This document shows, one piece after another, positions 59,941 through 64,000 of a stretch of 64,000 bases of DNA. Below the pieces are notes generated by a model. That model was not told the DNA's origin. It saw only the letters and a program-made list of their open reading frames with translations, and did no database searches. Positions within the stretch are counted from its first letter, which is position 1, and the number at the start of each line of letters is the position of its first letter. Origin of the DNA: Candidatus Thorarchaeota archaeon (GTDB taxonomy: Archaea > Asgardarchaeota > Thorarchaeia > Thorarchaeales > Thorarchaeaceae); NCBI GenBank assembly GCA_019057475.1, contig DXJO01000010.1:128001-192000 (forward strand), in the 5' to 3' direction. A program made the translations under genes and the position numbers.

Positions 59941-59981
59941 TGTGCAGAATGCTTATCCGTTCTTGATGTTACAGCAGAAGC

Positions 59982-60305
59982 ATGAGTGACCGCTATAGGG
60001 ATGGCACCTTCGCAGAAGCTGGGCGATGGTGTGCAGTCGCATCCGAACTCCCTTGTTCAGTCATAATCATGGTATTTATTGGACATCTTCTAGGTCAGAC
60101 CTGGTGGGGACTGCAGGGTGCAATGACCGGTGCTATGATTGGAGCGATTGTTGGCTTACTACTGGGCATGTACAGTGTCTACATCACGATTCAATACTAC
60201 GACAAGCTGGAAAAAGAGCGTCCAGTCATGCGGCCTTATCAGCCTCCACAGGAGGAGATTTACGAGGACGTTGAATTTCCCGACTACGAGAAACGTACTG
60301 AGTAG
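59982..60305 (+). CDS. AtpZ/AtpI-like small membrane protein
   Basis: Two TM helices with EL...V.....IG..LG......GA.IG..VG...G.Y pattern; next to ATP synthase genes. Confidence 0.6.
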   Translation: MSDRYRDGTFAEAGRWCAVASELPCSVIIMVFIGHLLGQTWWGLQGAMTGAMIGAIVGLLLGMYSVYITIQYYDKLEKERPVMRPYQPPQEEIYEDVEFPDYEKRTE

Positions 60306-60884
60306 CTATTTCACGAAATCAGAGTCATCTGCGTCCAGTACTTCAACTATCAATCTGGTGGAAGTTCGTCCTATCAGTGCTACAATGATCTGAACTAGAA
60401 GAGAAATGAAGAACGCTCCTAGCGCATATCCGAATATTCGAAGAGAAATGGAAGTATGAGATGCAGCCCATGGTTCTAGGAACCACAGATCAACTAGATA
60501 CCAGGTGTAGACACCTGTGGCGAACATGGTCAATACAAGGAGTCCATAGATGAAGATGACTGCCTTGACCCTTGGTGCGTTCATTTTAACTTGCTCGAGG
60601 CCATGTCCAACCACTGCATTGCTAAGCCTCCTAGAAAACCTGAGAAAGACGCTAAAGGCAGCTAGAAAGACAATGAGTGTGATGATAGATAGAATCAACA
60701 ATAGCAAAATCTGAATTTCGGGAGCAATTATGTCTAGGAAGCCTCCAATGTACCAGGCTAAGACAGAACCCACCATCACAATTATCGATAGAATCTCCAC
60801 CACGAAAGTGATAGTCGCAGAACTCCTAAACATTCCTCCAATGTCGAATTGACCATTGTTAGCTTCATCCGTCATATGAACCAC
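60306..60884 (-). CDS. Four-TM hypothetical membrane protein
   Basis: ORF with four hydrophobic helices. Confidence 0.65.
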   Translation of the reverse strand: MVHMTDEANNGQFDIGGMFRSSATITFVVEILSIIVMVGSVLAWYIGGFLDIIAPEIQILLLLILSIITLIVFLAAFSVFLRFSRRLSNAVVGHGLEQVKMNAPRVKAVIFIYGLLVLTMFATGVYTWYLVDLWFLEPWAASHTSISLRIFGYALGAFFISLLVQIIVALIGRTSTRLIVEVLDADDSDFVK

Positions 60885-61071
60885 ACCTGATAGCTGCTAT
60901 CTTCTGGTTTTGAATCCTTCTAATACATCTCATCTGGTACTAGACACGGCGCGATATTCAAACACTCACCATAGGGAGTTTTAACTCGCTGAGATAGCTC
61001 GTCAGCTTTATATCAATCGCGTGGGGGAAGTCAAATAATCCCCTTAAGGCTAATAGTGGGGCGGGTTTGTC

Positions 61072-62139
61072 ATGAAGGCCTACAAGGCTGCGAAAGAATT
61101 CGGATTCGTCAATGCAAGAGTGAGAGGACAGCTGGCACGATCCCTCAATATTGCTGACTACGAACGACTCTTGCGCTCCAAAGACTACAAGAAGTTCATC
61201 GGAGCATTGAGAGGAACCCGCTACGGCCCAGTCATTAGCGCTGCTACCCCTGTGGAGCAGCCGAGTCCTGAGGAGTTGGCGCTGGTTTTGGCCGTTGACT
61301 ACGCTGATGTCAGTCATAGGCTCACCCGGTCTTTGTCTGGGAAGGTACGCCGCTTCGCTAATGCATATTCTTTGGTCTTCTTGACAGAAGGCCTGAAAAC
61401 TGTGATTCGCGGGAAGCATGTGGGGCTTGAGAAGAGCGAGATACTCTCCTTTGTGGTACCAACTTCCACTGCACAGTCAAAAATGTTTGCGCGGTTACTC
61501 AGGAAGGAGAATGTGGAGAAACTCATTGAAGACATCCCGATTCTGGATCTGAAGGTCGCACTTCTCACCAAACTCCCCGCTTACGAAGAGTTCGATTCCC
61601 CAGTACCGCTTGATGTGGCTCTTGAGGAGTGGTACCTGCGAAAGATTATGGACTCACTAGAAGAATTCTCTAGTGACGACAAGCAGAGGATAGTTCAGCT
61701 TCTTGAAGCACGTGTGGACTTGCGTAACACTATCATGATGTTGCGCGCATTGATTCTGGGTTTCAACCGACGTATGATCAATGCTTCAATAGTACGATTC
61801 ACCGAAGACTCGCAGGCATTCGGGGACTCGATAAGCCAACTTGACTCTTGGAGCGGAGTGTTGATGCAGCTCAGGAAAACCAAACATGCCGAGATGGCTA
61901 CTAGGCTCAGGCGGATATATACCAATACCCAAGACTTAGCAGAGATCGAGATGGTTGTGGAAGACTACCTTGCACAACAGATTAAAAAGCAACTTACTGG
62001 TTTCCCATTCCATCTTGGTACTGTGATTGGATTCTTCAACCTCAAATACCTTGAGATGCGAAACTTGATATCCATCGCAGTAGGACTCGAGAAAGGAGAG
62101 CCTGCCTCAATAATAAGACAGATGATTACTATATGGTGA
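61072..62139 (+). CDS. atpC: A/V-type ATP synthase subunit C (d)
   Basis: FVNARVRG, L.GT.Y, K..IRGK, D.RN, K..E.RNL..I..G. Confidence 0.88.
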   Translation: MKAYKAAKEFGFVNARVRGQLARSLNIADYERLLRSKDYKKFIGALRGTRYGPVISAATPVEQPSPEELALVLAVDYADVSHRLTRSLSGKVRRFANAYSLVFLTEGLKTVIRGKHVGLEKSEILSFVVPTSTAQSKMFARLLRKENVEKLIEDIPILDLKVALLTKLPAYEEFDSPVPLDVALEEWYLRKIMDSLEEFSSDDKQRIVQLLEARVDLRNTIMMLRALILGFNRRMINASIVRFTEDSQAFGDSISQLDSWSGVLMQLRKTKHAEMATRLRRIYTNTQDLAEIEMVVEDYLAQQIKKQLTGFPFHLGTVIGFFNLKYLEMRNLISIAVGLEKGEPASIIRQMITIW

Positions 62140-62158
62140 TAATTGGAGGAAGCTAACA

Positions 62159-62560
62159 ATGAAAATCCACACCCTAAAAACCAGTCTTGCCTTACTAGTT
62201 GCCAGTGCACTAATCCTGTTTCTATCTTTGTCAGTACTTGCGTTTCTTGTTAAGGAGATGTACGCTGTCAGCGCATTGAGTATCATGCCGGGCCGTGACA
62301 TCAGGTTGCTGCAAACAACGGATAATACTCTGGCAATTATTGGTCTTGCGTTTGCTGCGGCAATCACCATGGGTACTGCTGGGGTTGGCGCAGCGCTGGG
62401 GATGGCGACGACTGGTGCAGCAGCTCTTGGAGCAATCACTGAGCGGCCGGAGCTTTTTGGCAAGACTGTACTGTATGTGGTGTTCATCGAGGCAGTCGCA
62501 ATCTACGGTTTCGTCATCGCATTCATGCTGGTCGGCTACATTCCATTACTGGTTGGATGA
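62159..62560 (+). CDS. atpK: A/V-type ATP synthase proteolipid subunit K (c)
   Basis: G.G.A.G....AA.GAITERPELFG, FIEAVAIYG. Confidence 0.92.
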   Translation: MKIHTLKTSLALLVASALILFLSLSVLAFLVKEMYAVSALSIMPGRDIRLLQTTDNTLAIIGLAFAAAITMGTAGVGAALGMATTGAAALGAITERPELFGKTVLYVVFIEAVAIYGFVIAFMLVGYIPLLVG

Positions 62561-62615
62561 GGTTCCCCTGAAGATGCATCATCAGCCTCCAGTCACACAC
62601 ACACATTCACGGATA

Positions 62616-63245
62616 TTAGACTGACGTGCTAATGTTTTTGAAAAGAATAGATGAAATTAACTTCCTTATCTCGCTCATCATTCGATCTCTGCGACCCTCG
62701 AGAGTATTGTCCACCCATTTTGTACCATCTTTGTTTTTCACCATGACTCCTCCAGCGGAGCGGATTTTTTCCTTTGACAGTGAAACTCCGGTCTTGATTC
62801 CTGTACGCTTCGTAATTTCCCGGCTTATCTTTGTGAGGTCCAGCTGTGGGCTTTGACCCCAGGGCAGTATTAGCTCAACTTCTTCAACAGCAAGGGCTGA
62901 GCCGCCTTCAATGGCAAGACTAACCAACATGTTAGCATAGCCCTTTGTCTTGTGTTTTTCCGACAGAGATTCAATCGCCAGTTCTAGGACCTCAGTAATC
63001 AGAGCCTCTTTTGCCGCGAGGATTGTGTGCCTCACCGCCAATCTTGCGTTGGCATCTCGCTTCACAATATCTGCTCGAGATTGTATCTCAGCTTCAACCA
63101 TCATTGCAGCTCTGTTGGCCTTGCCTTTCTTCCTTGCGTCCAGAAGCTTTGTTTCACTCAGTTTCCTTGCATCTCTAACTATCTTGTCTTCTTTCTCGGT
63201 CGCCTTTGCCTCAATCATCTTGATGATAGATTGAACACCGCTCAT
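62616..63245 (-). CDS. atpE: A/V-type ATP synthase subunit E
   Basis: MSGV..II..I, helical N-terminus, GGV.V...DG...VDNTLE.R, ILF. Confidence 0.9.
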   Translation of the reverse strand: MSGVQSIIKMIEAKATEKEDKIVRDARKLSETKLLDARKKGKANRAAMMVEAEIQSRADIVKRDANARLAVRHTILAAKEALITEVLELAIESLSEKHKTKGYANMLVSLAIEGGSALAVEEVELILPWGQSPQLDLTKISREITKRTGIKTGVSLSKEKIRSAGGVMVKNKDGTKWVDNTLEGRRDRMMSEIRKLISSILFKNISTSV

Positions 63246-63249
63246 ATCT

Positions 63250-63570
63250 TTACTCCCCTCCAAGTATCATCTCTACCACCGCACGCACTGCAACAGGCTT
63301 TCTATCTATTGAGGCCTCCTGCATCTGAGCGATTATTTTATCAACCTTCTTCTGGAACTTGCGTTCCCTGGCAGCTCTCTTTTCCTCGTTTTCGTCTAAC
63401 CGGGCTTCAGCCGCCTTCTTCCCCTTGGCGTCACTGTTCTTCATTATCTTCTTGATACTACTCTCAGTCTGCTTCCGAATCTCTCTTGCATTGTCCTCCG
63501 CGGCGCGAATTCTGTCCTCTGCTGTTTCTTCTGCCTTACGAATCAAATCGATGTCTTGAGCCTTGGGCAT
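63250..63570 (-). CDS. atpH: A/V-type ATP synthase subunit H/G
   Basis: IRKAEETAEDRIRAAE..A coiled coil, AV..VVE.IL C-terminus; start MPKAQD. Confidence 0.75.
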   Translation of the reverse strand: MPKAQDIDLIRKAEETAEDRIRAAEDNAREIRKQTESSIKKIMKNSDAKGKKAAEARLDENEEKRAARERKFQKKVDKIIAQMQEASIDRKPVAVRAVVEMILGGE

Positions 63571-63808
63571 AAAGTCTTTCCTCGCAACGTACTGTATCAG
63601 AAGTCCATAACTGGAATTCAAGATAAACATTAGCCTGCGCCGGCATGAATGATGTATTCGGTTCATTCGCGTGGTCATGGATAGTGAGTGGTTTACCCTT
63701 GATGTGGTTTCATAAGTCACAACGTTTATTTCTGGAGGACAAGCTTTGAGCCTTAAGGTGTCTGAACTGTTTGTTCTTCTATGACCCTCACTGACGGTGA
63801 TGTTGAAT

Positions 63809-64000
63809 ATGCGCCCCGAGAGTACGCTAGTTGCCAAGGTTGTTTCCCATCGCGACCTTGAGAGACAGGTCATTCTAGCTTTGGGGCAGTTCAGTCAGTT
63901 CGAATTCATCGATGTGCGGCTTCAAGCTGAGTTCATTGAAGTAAAAAAATCAGAAATAGAAGAAGACGTTCTTGATGCTCTTGAAAGGCTCTCCAAAGTA
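63809..64000 (+). CDS. atpI: A/V-type ATP synthase subunit I (a), N-terminus (runs off window)
   Basis: Manual translation MRPESTLVAKVVSHRDLERQVILALGQFSQFEFIDV; GGTGA RBS upstream. Confidence 0.7.
   Translation, partial: MRPESTLVAKVVSHRDLERQVILALGQFSQFEFIDVRLQAEFIEVKKSEIEEDVLDALERLSKV

Noticed and set aside
57546-60000. CRISPR array or cas1/2/4 next to the Cas12f-like gene
   Set aside because: No regularly spaced repeats and no adaptation genes; the ends are transposon-like.
63571-63873. Long N-terminal extension of ORF 63250-63873
   Set aside because: Overlaps the atpI start on the opposite strand; the real gene likely starts at 63570.

Overview
Archaeal chromosomal window. The gene content (A/V-type ATP synthase, archaeal-type phosphoglycerate mutase, GGTGA/GGAG RBSs) suggests an Asgard/Thorarchaeia-like organism, but this is inference. 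Positions 1-32.7 kb are a surface-glycan biosynthesis region. Its core (~4.5-32.7 kb) is a mosaic island full of pseudogene scars and bounded by diverged copies of the pyruvate kinase 3' end. Next come pyk/eno/apgM, tandem UDP-sugar dehydrogenases, a UPF0182 membrane protein, a stand-alone complex-I-like NuoJKLMN membrane arm, an FGGY kinase, larA, and rearranged A-type ATP synthase genes. Main discovery: an unusually large (711 aa) TnpB/Cas12f-like RuvC nuclease lies in a transposase-less element (57588-59919). Its paired ends carry 10-bp-phased TTGGACA repeats, GG junctions and a pseudoknot-capable omega-RNA-like right end. The same ends recur in two unannotated miniature elements (45035-45222 and 52067-52346), one of which sits in the first nuo gene and supplies its new start codon.
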